Shown piece by piece: positions 24,128 to 36,025 of a stretch of 36,908 bases of DNA. The notes beneath the pieces were generated by a model. The model was given only the letters and a program-made list of their open reading frames with translations. It searched no databases and had not been told where the DNA came from. Position 1 is the stretch's first letter. Each line of letters begins with the position of its first letter. Source of the stretch: Mesotaenium endlicherianum (lineage: Eukaryota); contig WELA01002985.1 in NCBI GenBank assembly GCA_009602735.1, positions 192,418-229,325 on the forward strand. Direction: 5' to 3'. The translations under genes and the position numbers were made by a program.

Positions 24128-26252
24128 CACACACACGGGGGCATACACACACAGGTGCGCGCGCGCACGTGCACGGGGGCAGATAAGAAGGGGTCAGCAA
24201 CTGCTCAGAGCTGGGAGTGAGAGCAACAAGGCAGTGGCTGCAACATTTAATGGAGGTGATGATGACAGCATCAGAAGAAGCGATAGTGGCAGTGACAGGA
24301 GTGGTGACAGCTGAACGTAACACACCCATCTGCGGCCTGTGCTTCTCCAGCTTCGTTCATCAACCTGCCTGCTTGACCCTCCCATCAGTGACAGTCGGGC
24401 TGACGTGGTACCACCTGCTCAGCTGCCGCGCAGTGGAGGAAACGGACGAGGCTATTGAACTCACTCACTGCCACACCGCCACAATATGCGCAAACATCTC
24501 TAGCCGCCCACTAACTCAGCGAGAGCGCTCAACTTGCAAACAACCAAGAGGTAAGAGTCTGCAAGAGGAGGAAGGGGGCCCCTAGGGGGGGAACGAGGGC
24601 AGGAACAAGGGCAACGAGGAGGGGGGCATAAGGGGTAAGAGCTCTTGGAGGGACGAGGAGGGGGAAGCGGACCTGCTCGAGGAGGCGCAGGCGGTGGTAG
24701 CAGAGCGTGCGCACGGTGCCCAGCGACACGAACTTGAGCACGCGGTGCAGGTCCGTGAAGAAGGTGGTGGCGTCCAGCACCGGGAACAGCTCGCCCTCCC
24801 CCTCGGGCCCCGCCGCCATGGCTGCATCCGCACGTGCGCGCACGTTGTGTGCATACGTCAATTGCTCGGTGGGCGGGATTGGTTGGTGGTCGGATGAATG
24901 GGGTAAATGGGTTGGTGTATGGAGTGGCTTGGTGGGAGATGAATCGTTTGGCACCACACGAGCAGACAATATCTTTTCTTCGTCGACAACAACATTGAGA
25001 CGGACAGCATGAAGAGTGTACATAACAACAGAGACGATATCAAATGCCACCATCATGGGCATGGGCGGCGGCGCTGGCAGCCCCCTCCTCCCAATTTCTC
25101 GTTGTCTCGTTGCTGTTGCCATTATTTCCAATCTTTTGCTTTGGCCTAGAAGATAGTTCAGTGAAGAGGGTTCCGACTCGGGCAACAGACTCCGGTGGGC
25201 GGAGGAGGAGGCAGGAAAAGGGAGAGAGGCTCACAAAGGGGGGCTGAATAAACGGGAAACAGCAAGGATAGCAGACACACACATGCTGGAAGTATTTGCG
25301 CAACGGAAAATTAAGCACCACTTGCAACAAAGACTCTGCGGCACCCTTGAAGATGACACGCTGAAAGAGGATGGCATGCAGGCACTGCTCCATTGCTAGA
25401 ACGGAGAGCCTGCGGGTGCTAGGAAGGACGGTGAGGAAGAGAAAAGGAAAAAAAAGAGAAAAGTAGTCTCTTTCACACGGCACAATGCCGATGAGTTCCC
25501 GACACTTTTGGGGTCCCCTGCAAGCTCCCAGAGCACCTGTGAATACGCAAGTTGTAGGAGAAAGCAGATCCGATAAAATGTGCGCGTGTGATCTAGTAAG
25601 ACTGCTGCGCTGCACGGGCCCCGCCACCTGGCGGGCGTGGGGGCATGTGACATGCGGGCGTATACAGGTGGCCAGAGGCTCGTGTACATGGCAGCCTCAT
25701 ACCTTCTTTGTTGGCGTACACGTGGACCACGCCGTCCACCATGGAGAACACGTGCTGCGCAAAGGAGAGGCCAGGCAAGGCAACCGGCCAAGCGCTGATG
25801 TCAGTAAGAGCACACGCCCAGTCTCACCCACATACACGCATGTGGAGGCGCACGCGAGTGCGCACGAGAGCGTGAGTATGAGGAGGCAGAGGGGCTGTGC
25901 AGCCTTGAAGCTGCAGGGGGTAATTGCGTGGCAAGAAACAGGGAGTTAGGGGGGGTGGGGGAGGAGAGAGCAGGTGGGCACACGGCACACGGGCAGACCC
26001 TGGAGGGTGGCGTGCTCCTCTTGGGTAGGCGCATGAACACACAAGACTCAATGCCTTAAGGCATGTGTGAACACAGCCCTCCAAGATCATTCCAGAAATC
26101 TAATGGGCTTTGGGGCTTGTGTGGTCGGACGGACTTTCCTCAACCGCAGCAACTTCCGCACCTTAGGGGCGGACGCAAAACACCGTCAGCGGAAGAAAGT
26201 GTTAAATGCCCCACATATGCACGACGAACCAATCACACACTCAGCCAGGTTC

Positions 26253-26316
<64 letters not shown>

Positions 26317-29300
26317 GCNNNNNNNNNNNNNNNNNNNNNNNNNNNNNNNNNNNNNNNNNNNNNNNNNNNNNNNNNNNNNNNNNNNNNNNNNNNNNNNNNN
26401 NNNNNNNNNNNNNNNNNNNNNNNNNNNNNNNNNNNNNNNNNNNNNNNNNNNNNNNNNNNNNNNNNNNNNNNNNNNNNNNNNNNNNNNNNNNNNNNNNNNN
26501 NNNNNNNNNNNNNNNNNNNNNNNNNNNNNNNNNNNNNNNNNNNNNNNNNNNNNNNNNNNCCCCCCACCCCCCTCACCCCCGCCCCGTGGGGGGGTTTGCG
26601 GGGATAGGGCAAGGAGACGACGAGAGGGAGGAAAGGGGGAGAAGAGGGGCGAGGAGAGGGCAAGAAGGGGGTTTGCCTTTGATGGTGGAGAGACGAGAGA
26701 GAGGGGAAAGAGGCGGAGGAGAGGGGAGCGGGGGGGTGAAGGGGGGCCCGCCCTCGGACGTGCAGCCCTCTTGAAGGTGCAGGAAGAGCAAGGAGGGGAG
26801 TGAGAGACGGGTGAGAAGGAGCGTACCTCGGAGGCGGGCTGAGGCTCGTACTTGAAGGGGCTGGCGGTGGAGGCGGGCACCCAGGGGTCCTGGCCGCCCG
26901 GGGCCCGCCAGGGGGGTGTAGTCTCGCGGTACACGTACTTGTCGCGCATGGCCAGGCACTGCTGCATCATGTGGCACACCTCCTCCTCGTCGCCCGTCGG
27001 CGCGTTGGTTCCTGAAGAGGAGGGAGGGGAAGAAGGAGGGAGAGGGAGAGAACGGGAGGTTAGGAGAAGGGGCAGGAGAAACATTCCCCAAGAGACATAG
27101 ACCATTGGGCAGCCACGGCTGCCCCCAGCTGCGGGCGGCTTCTCTTCAGAGCAAGGCATCAGAGAGGGCAGAAGCCCCACTGATGGGCATGTCCACATGG
27201 GTGGCGGAAGCATGCCAATGCCAATGTCAGAAAACAGAGCGCTGCATGTGGGAGCCCCTGCAGACTGGCAGGAAGGCCCCTTGAAGAACAAGCAGCCCCC
27301 CCCCCNNNNNNNNNNNNNNNNNNNNNNNNNNNNNNNNNNNNNNNNNNNNNNNNNNNNNNNNNNNNNNNNNNNNNNNNNNNNNNNNNNNNNNNNNNNNNNN
27401 NNNNNNNNNNNNNNNNNNNNNNNNNNNNNNNNNNNNNNNNNNNNNNNNNNNNNNNNNNNNNNNNNNNNNNNNNNNNNNNNNNNNNNNNNNNNNNNNNNNN
27501 NNNNNNNNNNNNNNNNNNNNNNNNNNNNNNNNNNNNNNNNNNNNNNNNNNNNNNNNNNNNNNNNNNNNNNNNNNNNNNNNNNNNNNNNNNNNNNNNNNNN
27601 NNNNNNNNNNNNNNNNNNNNNNNNNNNNNNNNNNNNNNNNNNNNNNNNNNNNNNNNNNNNNNNNNNNNNNNNNNNNNNNNNNNNNNNNNNNNNNNNNNNN
27701 NNNNNNNNNNNNNNNNNNNNNNNNNNNNNNNNNNNNNNNNNNNNNNNNNNNNNNNNNNNNNNNNNNNNNNNNNNNNNNNNNNNNNNNNNNNNNNNNNNNN
27801 NNNNNNNNNNNNNNNNNNNNNNNNNNNNNNNNNNNNNNNNNNNNNNNNNNNNNNNNNNNNNNNNNNNNNNNNNNNNNNNNNNNNNNNNNNNNNNNNNNNN
27901 NNNNNNNNNNNNNNNNNGGACCTCCCCCCCCCCCCCGATTAGCAGAAAGAAGCAGCTCCTTCGGGCGCTGCGCCTGCATGGCATTAGGGCCCCAGCCCTA
28001 GTCCCAACCTCGGTAACAGAAGGAGCAGCAGCATGGACAGGAGCCGCAGGGGCAGCAGGAGCAGGAGCAGCAGCAGCAAGAGCAGCAGGAGGAGGAAGAG
28101 GAAGAGGGCCAGGAGAGGCAGGAGGAGCCCTGCATTGTGCACACAAGGGGGAAAGAAATGCACGCAAGAGGGGGACGGAGGGGGGGGGAAGCGGGGGGGC
28201 AGCTGTCGCAGAGGAGAGGTGTACCAAGGGGCGAGATCTCGAGGCGGGCAAAGGTCTCCTGCTCAGGTTCCTTGCGCAGCAGGTCGGCCGCCAGGGGGTC
28301 GGGCGCGTGCATAAGGCCGTGCAGGTCGCCGGGGATGCTGCGCGACCGCGTCATGCTGTCCTCCTTATGGCCATGGCCGCCGCCGTGCCCATGCCCGTGG
28401 CCGTGCCCGTGGTGGCCGTTGCCCAGGTGGTGGCCATCCATGCGCGCCTGCTCGCCAGGGAGATCCCAGAGAAAGAACCCGTCGGGGGAGTGTCGGCGGG
28501 TGGGAGGGGGAAGAGGAAGAGGAGGAGGGGGGCTGCTGGGGTTCGGATGGGAGCGCATGGACAATCCACTCTGCAGATGGTTGGATTAGCACGGAGTCTT
28601 CTACCAGAGGGGCAGGTAACTAAGCAATGCAGGCGCAGGAGAGACAGCAAACACAGAGGAAGTAAAGGGAGTCCAAGGAGGCCAGGGGCGGGTCCGTCAT
28701 AGGTATTGGAGCCTCTGATCCAGTTTTGTTTGCGCACCCTCTGTCTGCGAATGTGACGCCTGATACACTGATCTGCGGGGACCAGCTGGCAAGCTGGCAG
28801 GCTCTCCAAAAACCCCCACATGGCTCAATTTCCCCCCCTCTCGGCCCTGCTCCTCCTGCGCGCGCGTACTCATGCATGCACCTGTACGCCCTTAGCGGCG
28901 CACATCTTGAACCCGCTAAAGGTGTGCGTCAAGGAAGGGGCGCCCAGCCAAACAATGGCACATTCAACACGCGCGCGCGCATGTGCGCGCGCACACTTGG
29001 GCAGGCAGGCACATGCACGCCAGCAGCAGCGAGGGAGGGAGAGCGAGCGCCACCTGGCCCTCCCCCTTCTCGCGGGCGGACCCCCCGTCCTCCCCCCCGC
29101 CGCCCTCGCCGCTCTCCTCGTCATCGTCGTCCTCCTCCTCCTCCTCCTCCTCGTCCTCGTCCTCCATCATCTCATCGTCCATCTCCTCCTCGCCCTCGTC
29201 GTCGTCGTCGAGTAGCCTCGAGCTGGCAGTGGGTGAGGAGCCCTTCATGTGCGCCTGCAGGGTGGGCGGCCGCTTGAAGCTGCCGCCTAGCATCATGGCG

Positions 29301-30650
29301 GCCGGCGCCGCCATTGCTGCGGCAGCAGCGCCTGGTTTGACACACGCACAGCATCGCACACGCTTGCCTCGGTGAGCACAGCGAGCGTCATCGTGGAGAG
29401 AGGGGTCTGACACGACACCTTCTTGGGCTGCTGATGCTTCACCAGGAGAAGGAGCAAAGTCAAGAGAGCCCTGTGACATTATGGCTCAAAGCATGCAGAA
29501 TGGAAGAGCACTCAGGAGGGAGAGGCGGAAATTCAGGTCCTTCATCGCCAAGACACGTGCACGCGATGGCGGCCGAAAAGGCCCTTTGAGGAACAAGGAC
29601 ATGTCTATACAAGGGCACTTGGAACCATTCCAACGGTCCTTTTCCTTAGCCCCACCCCACACCAGCCCACTCTTTCCCATTCACCACAAAATGAAAAACA
29701 TAGGAAATGAGAAAGTTGTCGGTGAAGATTCTCCTCCAAAAGAGAAGAGAATCAACGCCCAAAAGAGAAGAGAATCAACGCCCAAAGCTGGAGAGTACAG
29801 AAGCCCAACCTCAAAGATTGTCTTCTTATGCTGTTTCAGAAGGTGCGAACCCACCTCCCTCCACGTCACTCACTCTCTTTTTCTAACGAGTGATCCCCTC
29901 TCAGATGATGAGCCTCCTTTTTGCATGAACCATGACAACGTTGTAGACGGGGCACGCATTGAAGATCGCATCAAGCTCGCACAAGGGAGCTGACAAAATC
30001 CCGGCGGGAACACTTGGCGACAGCGCAGCAGACGCAGTAGGGAGGGGATTCTGAAAGAAAACGCAAAAGCGAGCACGGATGTTGTGGAGGCACCTGATTG
30101 GGTGCTGTGCCCTGCCCTGTCAATGGAGGACGAGGACATGCGGCGACTGCCGAGCTGGTTGTTCCTGTGGGAGTGAAGAGGGTCAAAGCTGCCAGGCTGG
30201 GAGGCACTCCCCTGCTGGGCCTGCTGGGAGGACTCCCCCCCTGACGATTGGTGGGCTTCTGCTTGTGTAACCCTCTTCCTGGCTCTCCTCTTGGACTGCT
30301 CCCCCTCATTCACCAATAAAGAGAGAACTTCCTTTTGCTTTAGGGACATGCCTGAAGGTTGCCAAAAATTCATCTGACAAGGACACATGGCAGGCAGCTG
30401 GCAGGAAGAAACACAAGCTAGCAAGAGCCAAGTAGGCTGTCAGAAAAGAGGCTCTCTTAGAAAGGAATGACAGCAGTACCTCGGATGGAGCACCTCTTCT
30501 CAAGCTACCACCTTCTCCGGCCAGAAGCTCCAGGGCTTTCATGTGCATGTAGTAAGCACTTCCAGCGGCTAACCCTGCCCCAATGGTTGCTGCTATGGCC
30601 AGAGAAGCCCATGATCCTAGGCTGATACTCGCAGGAGTGTTCTCACTCAT
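15335..30650 (-). CDS. AMPD: AMP deaminase, plant FAC1-type with N-terminal membrane anchor; 20 exons, about 970 aa
   Basis: Exons in transcript order: 30650-30480, 30373-30094, 29331-29054, 28570-28225, 27011-26827, 25754-25703, 24821-24673, 24040-23861, 23354-23287, 22629-22487, 21781-21720, 21438-21325, 20584-20444, 20020-19868, 19432-19379, 18611-18501, 18027-17875 (cut by N), 17183-17103, 16268-16170, 15403-15335. All visible junctions are GT-AG with consistent phases. Motifs: [61 protein letters not shown] (adenosine/AMP deaminase signature), TNVP. Exons 2-3 are the least certain. Confidence 0.97.
17875..18027 (-). CDS. AMPD: AMPD exon 17 with the SLSTDDP signature, truncated by a single N at 17874
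   Basis: [51 protein letters not shown], then N; the splice donor is missing. Confidence 0.95.
20264..20308. repeat. (CA)n microsatellite in an AMPD intron
   Basis: Direct reading; similar tracts at about 19210-19250 and 20966-20993. Confidence 0.9.
23861..24040 (-). CDS. AMPD: AMPD exon 8 with the zinc-binding HxH motif
   Basis: [60 protein letters not shown] between cag| and |gtctgt. Confidence 0.97.
24066..24155. repeat. (CA)n/(CG)n microsatellite just upstream of the AMPD exon 8 acceptor, read as (GU)n in the pre-mRNA
   Basis: Direct reading. Confidence 0.9.
26254..26314. repeat. (CT)n microsatellite next to an assembly gap
   Basis: About 30 CT units, then N from 26319. Confidence 0.95.
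29738..29783. repeat. Perfect 23-bp tandem duplication (aaaagagaagagaatcaacgccc, two copies) in AMPD intron 2
   Basis: Direct reading. Confidence 0.9.
30480..30650 (-). CDS. AMPD: AMPD exon 1 encoding the N-terminal transmembrane anchor
   Basis: [43 protein letters not shown] resembles the hydrophobic start ending in MHxKAL seen in plant AMPDs; donor GAG|gtactg. Confidence 0.88.
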
Positions 30651-31465
30651 GGTGGCCCGCAGAACCTTCGCTCGCTAGAAGCTGTGGGCGTCTTCGTTTT
30701 AATGTATCTAGTGATTAGCAGCAGCGAACGTTTTCAGAAATTTCAAAGCATTCGAAACCAAGACACCGTATTGAAGATTGTAAGTCACAGCGAGCAGGAT
30801 ACCAAGAGCAGAACACCCCCGTCAGACTGCAAGCACGCAAAACTATGATCCAGAGGACAGAAAGCTTAGAATTGCCTAATTATGCTACACTGTCGCTATG
30901 TCAATGCCCCCCCCCCACATGTAACAGCGCAGCACCTATGCTTCTTCACTTCATTCTTCGGAAACACGTCCGAAGCTTATGTAAACTGGAAGATGAAGCT
31001 GGGTCAGTTCCCTCTCTCAAGCATTCCCACGGCTGAGAAGATATTTCTATGGTGAAGCAGGGACGAAGTTTAGGACAGGATAGATCAGATGCCGCGCGCA
31101 GCCCCGGCCCTGGTGCGGAGTGCGTTTTAGAGCGTCACTTCCACTGAAGAGTGTCAGAGCACATGGACGAATATTCGAGCTCGGCACATGAACGCCCTTT
31201 TGCAGCATTTTTCCAGCATAATTCGAGCTCTCCCTTTTCCAATATTAGAACTCAAAACGAACGACAAGAAGAAGCTGGCTAAAAGCAGTCTTCGTTATTG
31301 TCCATAACCACGGTGCACTTTTAGCAAACACAGGGTGAGGAGAGTCACCAGAGTAAGTATTGTGGCTAAGCGAGTGAGTTGTGTATCCGTTCTTTCGTGT
31401 GTGTGCTTGGCCATTCGTCACAATTAAGGCCTACGCGTGAGATGAGTGGATCTCGGTGAGTTGTC
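30651..31465. promoter_or_regulatory. Divergent intergenic and 5'UTR region between AMPD and the MED30-like gene; candidate bidirectional promoter
   Basis: 815 bp between head-to-head start codons; no specific promoter element identified. Confidence 0.5.
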
Positions 31466-34410
31466 ATGGAGACTCCGGGTTCACCAAGCGCCCCCCCTTT
31501 TAGCAGTAATGGCAATGAGAATTCGAAAGAATTTCTGAGCTTGCGATACATCAGCTTCATAGAGCAAGGTGAAGCGCTGCTGGAAGAGCTGGTTCAAGCA
31601 GCCCATGATGTGCTCTACGAGTTGGAGCAGGTTATGAAACAGCAGCCTAACGGGAAAAGCGGAGGACAAGGAACAGGTGAGCTATTCATTCGTGCCCGCC
31701 GCTCATCCATGCAGAAGTATCTAACGTTTACGACCGGTAGAGGCTCCTTCTGTGGCCACGGTTTTGAAGGATAACAGCTGAAGCTTCTCATCCTGAATGG
31801 TGGACACTCACAAAAGATTGTCACTTTCTTCCTTCTTGATAAGTTCTATGGGGTCGTGACTGTAGGTAAGTGATTTTTTTAATTTAATCTTTGCGAATAG
31901 CTCATGCAAGTGTAAAAGATGAATGTATTGCTACAGCGAGTGTAGCTCCTACATATCAGAAGATGGAACAGTTGGGGGCCAAAGCTGTTCAAGTACACCT
32001 TCATACATCACTATCTCTTATCTCCAACTTCCTCCCAGCTTCTCACTGCAAGTGAATGTCAAAATAGACTTCTTCCCCAGGCCACTCTTACCAGACAACA
32101 CAAGCCAAAGGAGCGGAGGGCTGCCTGCTAGGTGGGGGCGTGTGCATTGTGTCTCTAGAATCTCCTTAGCAAGACTTTAGAACGTTGATGGTGTAGAACT
32201 TTTGAGAAGCTTCTGTCCTCAGCAGCTTGTTAAGGCGCATCAATATGCATCGTAGCCACGGCACGCCTTGATAGAAATGAAATGCCGCGTGCGTGCTTTC
32301 GTGTGTGTGTCTCTGAGTGTGCTTGTGTCTGTGTGTGTGCATGTGCGCCTGAGTTCCAGGCCTAAGTTTTGTGCTCCGTGCCCGATTCATGGCCTCTGCT
32401 CTTGCTGTTCCACACGTGGAAGTGATATCAGACTCCTGAATGCATGCGCACTTGGGGTCCTTCTCTGCTACTCTCAGGGCCCTCGCACACAGCCACGGGG
32501 CTGTACAATGGGGTGAAGCCAGCTGGCGACTCTGCAAGAGAGCCTCTTGGCGGGCTCTTAGCAGCCCAGCGACGCTACGTGGCGCTCTCGCAGAGCCTGA
32601 GGAAAGTGCTGATGCAGATCCAGGACCTCCAAGAGGTGCGCTTTTTGCTCCTCTTCTTCTAACTGGTCCTTCCTTGCCATTCTATTTTGGGGGGTTACTT
32701 AATCAGTACCGTCTATCTGGTTATATGGTTCATGCTGGTTTTCTCATTCAGTCAGTTTATGGGGTTGCATTTCACCCTGCTTTGACCCCATGAGCCCAGC
32801 AGAAGCAGCGCTACAGTATAAAAGCCTCACTGACCACAATATGAGGAATGATTTTGTTCCTCACGACTGCGAGCATCATAACATCATTTCCTTTCAGGTG
32901 GTTAAAAAGTGATGAACTGAACTTGGGTATCCGCGTGGGGAACTTCATGGTACAGAAGTCCGGAAATAGGGTTTAAGGGTTCAAGGTTTGGTTATTTTTC
33001 TACTCTGTGCCGCCTGAGCTCAACTTTGACGTGCAGCGTTGATGGAGGTGTGGCCCTTGGCGTTTCTGGACCCCCCTGTGCTTTTCGTGGAACGGCATGT
33101 GAGTTCGTGTGTGTTGTGCGTCCACAAGTGTGCTTGTGTGCACGTGTCTGTGTGGGGCTCAATTAGCACTGAGCTTATCTGATGCGCAAAGCGTGCAGCC
33201 GTTTAGAACCGAGGGGTTTGTCCGTTTCACCAGACGCATTACCTAATTAGACAGAGCATTGAGCACCTTTGAACAAGCAAATGAACGAAGTTCTGCTTAT
33301 AGCAACATCAAACTTCTAAGCTTTCTCTGTCCCAGAAGAGGACGAGCTGGAAAGAGCTAGCAGACAGCTAGCATCAAGCACTGCTCAGCGTTACGCTGCA
33401 ACTGCTCCTGTCTCACTTCACTCCTTTCCTGGGGGGGCACGTGGCGGGAAAGGGAGGGGGAGGGTACTTCTCCTCAGGATACACTGTTAGGTTGTGAATC
33501 TGCAGCAAACTGGGGGCTGGTGCGCCCTTAATTGTTTTGATCTGCTTCTTCTCTGCAGGGTTTCAGGGAAGCTGCAGAGGATGACGACGGGCCTTCCTCT
33601 CTGCGCAAGCTGGAGGCACGCTCGCTCTCCTTGAGGAAGGTGCAGTTCCCAGAGGCTGGGCCTCGCGTTTAGGGGTTGGGTTGCTTAGACCTATTCACGC
33701 TCTCTTGTTCCACCCCCATCTTTGCTTCTTTAGGAAAAGGGATCTGTTGGGAAAGAGGCAGGCGGCCGAAAACATGACTTATAACAAACAGTTTTCATTC
33801 CACCCTTCCTTAAATTCAGGGCTACACGAAGCTGAAGTTGCATATTTTAGATTTTGTCGCGCAATTGGCAGGTCCTCGTCTGAGGGTTTACCCTGCTCTC
33901 TATCTTTCGCCATGCTGAGTTGGACTAGTCTGCCTGTGGCCTGCCACGTGGCAGTCTGTTCCAAGCATCCGGGATCTGGTCTCCTGGTGTCGTGCTTCTT
34001 TTCTAATTCTAGGCTCCATGTTTGAGGTTCCTTGTGAGTAAATTGGAGTTAGGCTAAAGTTTTGGAGTTCGCATGGCTTGGCTTTCTTCAATTTGTCTGA
34101 CTTGCCTTGCTGTCTTTGATAATCTAATTATCGAATTTGTGGAGTTTCTCGTTTTGTTGATTGAGTGACAAGGCCTGCAGGTATGTCATCATGATGCGGA
34201 GACCCGATTATATGGCCCACGATTACCTCAATTGTCATATCGTGCACTAAACATGTGCATCTGCTCTGACCGGATGGACTTTAAGATAATTTGTGCATGC
34301 TATGTTTTCAGGAAATTGAGTCGAAGAATGTAGTTGTCAAGAATCTCATTGATGGCGCACGTCGATTGCAAGACGATCTCAAGTTGTGGCAGAGCTTGCC
34401 TCTCGCATGA
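31466..34410 (+). CDS. MED30: Mediator of RNA polymerase II transcription subunit 30-like, 4 exons, 182 aa
   Basis: Exons 31466-31676, 32478-32635, 33559-33639, 34312-34410 (GT-AG; phases 1, 0, 0). The segments EQGEALLEELVQAAHDVL, AQRRYVALSQSLRKVL, KLEARSLSLRKEIESKNVVVKNLID and LWQS follow the plant MED30 pattern as recalled (EGQxxLEETIxAAFQI, ARxRYK, LEExAxxLRxEIxxKN..K.LID, WQS). Confidence 0.8.
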
Positions 34411-35441
34411 GATTCGTATCGAGTGAACTTGCGCCACACTGATGCGCGGGGCTCATGTTGCACATATGAGTTGTTGAGGCACTGGATGTGCAGCTACTTC
34501 AATACCTGAGATGTCTAGCTCATATCATTGTAAAAATTGCTGTTGACGTCCAAGCTTCAATGTGCTAAACACAGTCTTGTAGGTTGATGTGTATGTATAA
34601 TAATGTATATACCCTTTGTGGGTACCACTTGCTACTCCTTGGGTTATGTAGCACCCTCCGTTATTAGTTCCACTTCGTTGCTTGTATGGCAAGTACCTTG
34701 GCTGCTTCTGGGCTATCTGCACAACATGGTAATACTGCATGATTGCAAGCCTGTTATTTGCAAATGCAAAGATATGAGAATCTGAAGCATCAGTGCAAAT
34801 ATGGCACGATTTTAGAATGCAGTGACTTCCCGTGATGCCATAAGTAGCAACATACACCAAAAATCTATTGCAAACATTGAAGTTCGTTGGATATATTCGT
34901 CATGTGTTGCTAGCACATTTAAGAAGATGAAAACCCATGAGATCCTCGACATTGGCATGTTAGAAAGAAGTCATATGCCTTATATGGCACATCTATGTAT
35001 TGAGTATGCGCATAGGACAAGACTAAAATTCTTTTGGGAGATTACGATGGAGTCCTATTAGTTTATCGGAGGAGCCCTGTAACATTACAGCGAACGAGTC
35101 ATGGCAACAGGAGGAGCCCATGCCTCTTCTACTTTCCTTAATGTACAAGCATGAAAATGGTATGTTTCGTTTGTTTGTTTGTCTTCTTTTGAATCTATAT
35201 ATGGATGCCATTCGTAAAAGACCTGGAGTAGCTTACTTGGCCGACAATGAAGTGAGAGCCTTCATTAACATCGGTTGACATGAATTATGTAGTCGGCTCA
35301 ATAATAAGTTGGCATAAAGTTGGCCCTAGTCGACGTGAACAAGAGTAAAAACTTAAAACCAGCTAAAAGTGGCTTAACGTAATCCTGGGTGCTTACCGCA
35401 TTATATATGGTACGGAACAAGTTCACAACCCCTTGAGGACC

Positions 35442-36025
35442 TCAGGGTTTCCCAGGATGGCAGTGTAGTAGAGCGGTTGTAACACGAGGTACACGAGGCA
35501 CGACGACGTACGTACAACTCGCTTCGTCTGCATCTCGCGCACCACTACATATGGCTGAACTTGGCTGAACTAGATCCTGCTTCTCTCTGATGCGCTCTCG
35601 CTTCGTGTGGACTTCACGCCACTTATACACGCCTTCGTCTTGTCCATTTTCTTGTGCTTTTATGGAGGGAGTAAGCTGAAGCGCAGTGTTTTTGCAAATC
35701 TGAATCCGAATTGTTTACTGTTGTCAGCTGCTGCTCTTATGTATTAGGAGCTCATGTCGCTACAATTTGACCTCCTTTGTAGCGTCCCTATATATCTGGA
35801 TAGATAGAACTAGGCATCCTTCTTTATCGCATTAATTATCTCATACATCATAGACGGTTTATACGTTCCCGCCACAGATACCTCTACGTCATTGAGCATA
35901 GATCCGCTGCGGAGCGTGGATGTGTAGCTCATAGGGGATGTCGTGGGGCGGAGGGGATTCTCTTCCCGGTACCGCCAGCCTTGCTCACGAACTTGACAGT
36001 AAGTTTGGTGCTCGAAAATCCTTGC
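35442..36025 (-). other. Possible 3' exons of an unrecognised minus-strand transcript (36025-35882 and 35675-35442)
   Basis: actgtcag|GCA...GAG|gtatct (144 nt, open) joins cttcag|CTT...TGA (234 nt, open) in phase 0. An upstream donor AAG|gtgag at 36618/36617 suggests another frame that stops at 35929. No homology recognised. Confidence 0.3.

Noticed and set aside
26063..28702. Long ORFs of 246-672 aa spanning X runs
   Set aside because: Their length comes from N gaps and microsatellites; only the AMPD exons inside them are supported.
30051..30093. Alternative 43-nt AMPD intron using the tttcag acceptor at 30051
   Set aside because: It leads to a stop at 29971-29973, whereas the 29331 acceptor keeps the reading frame.
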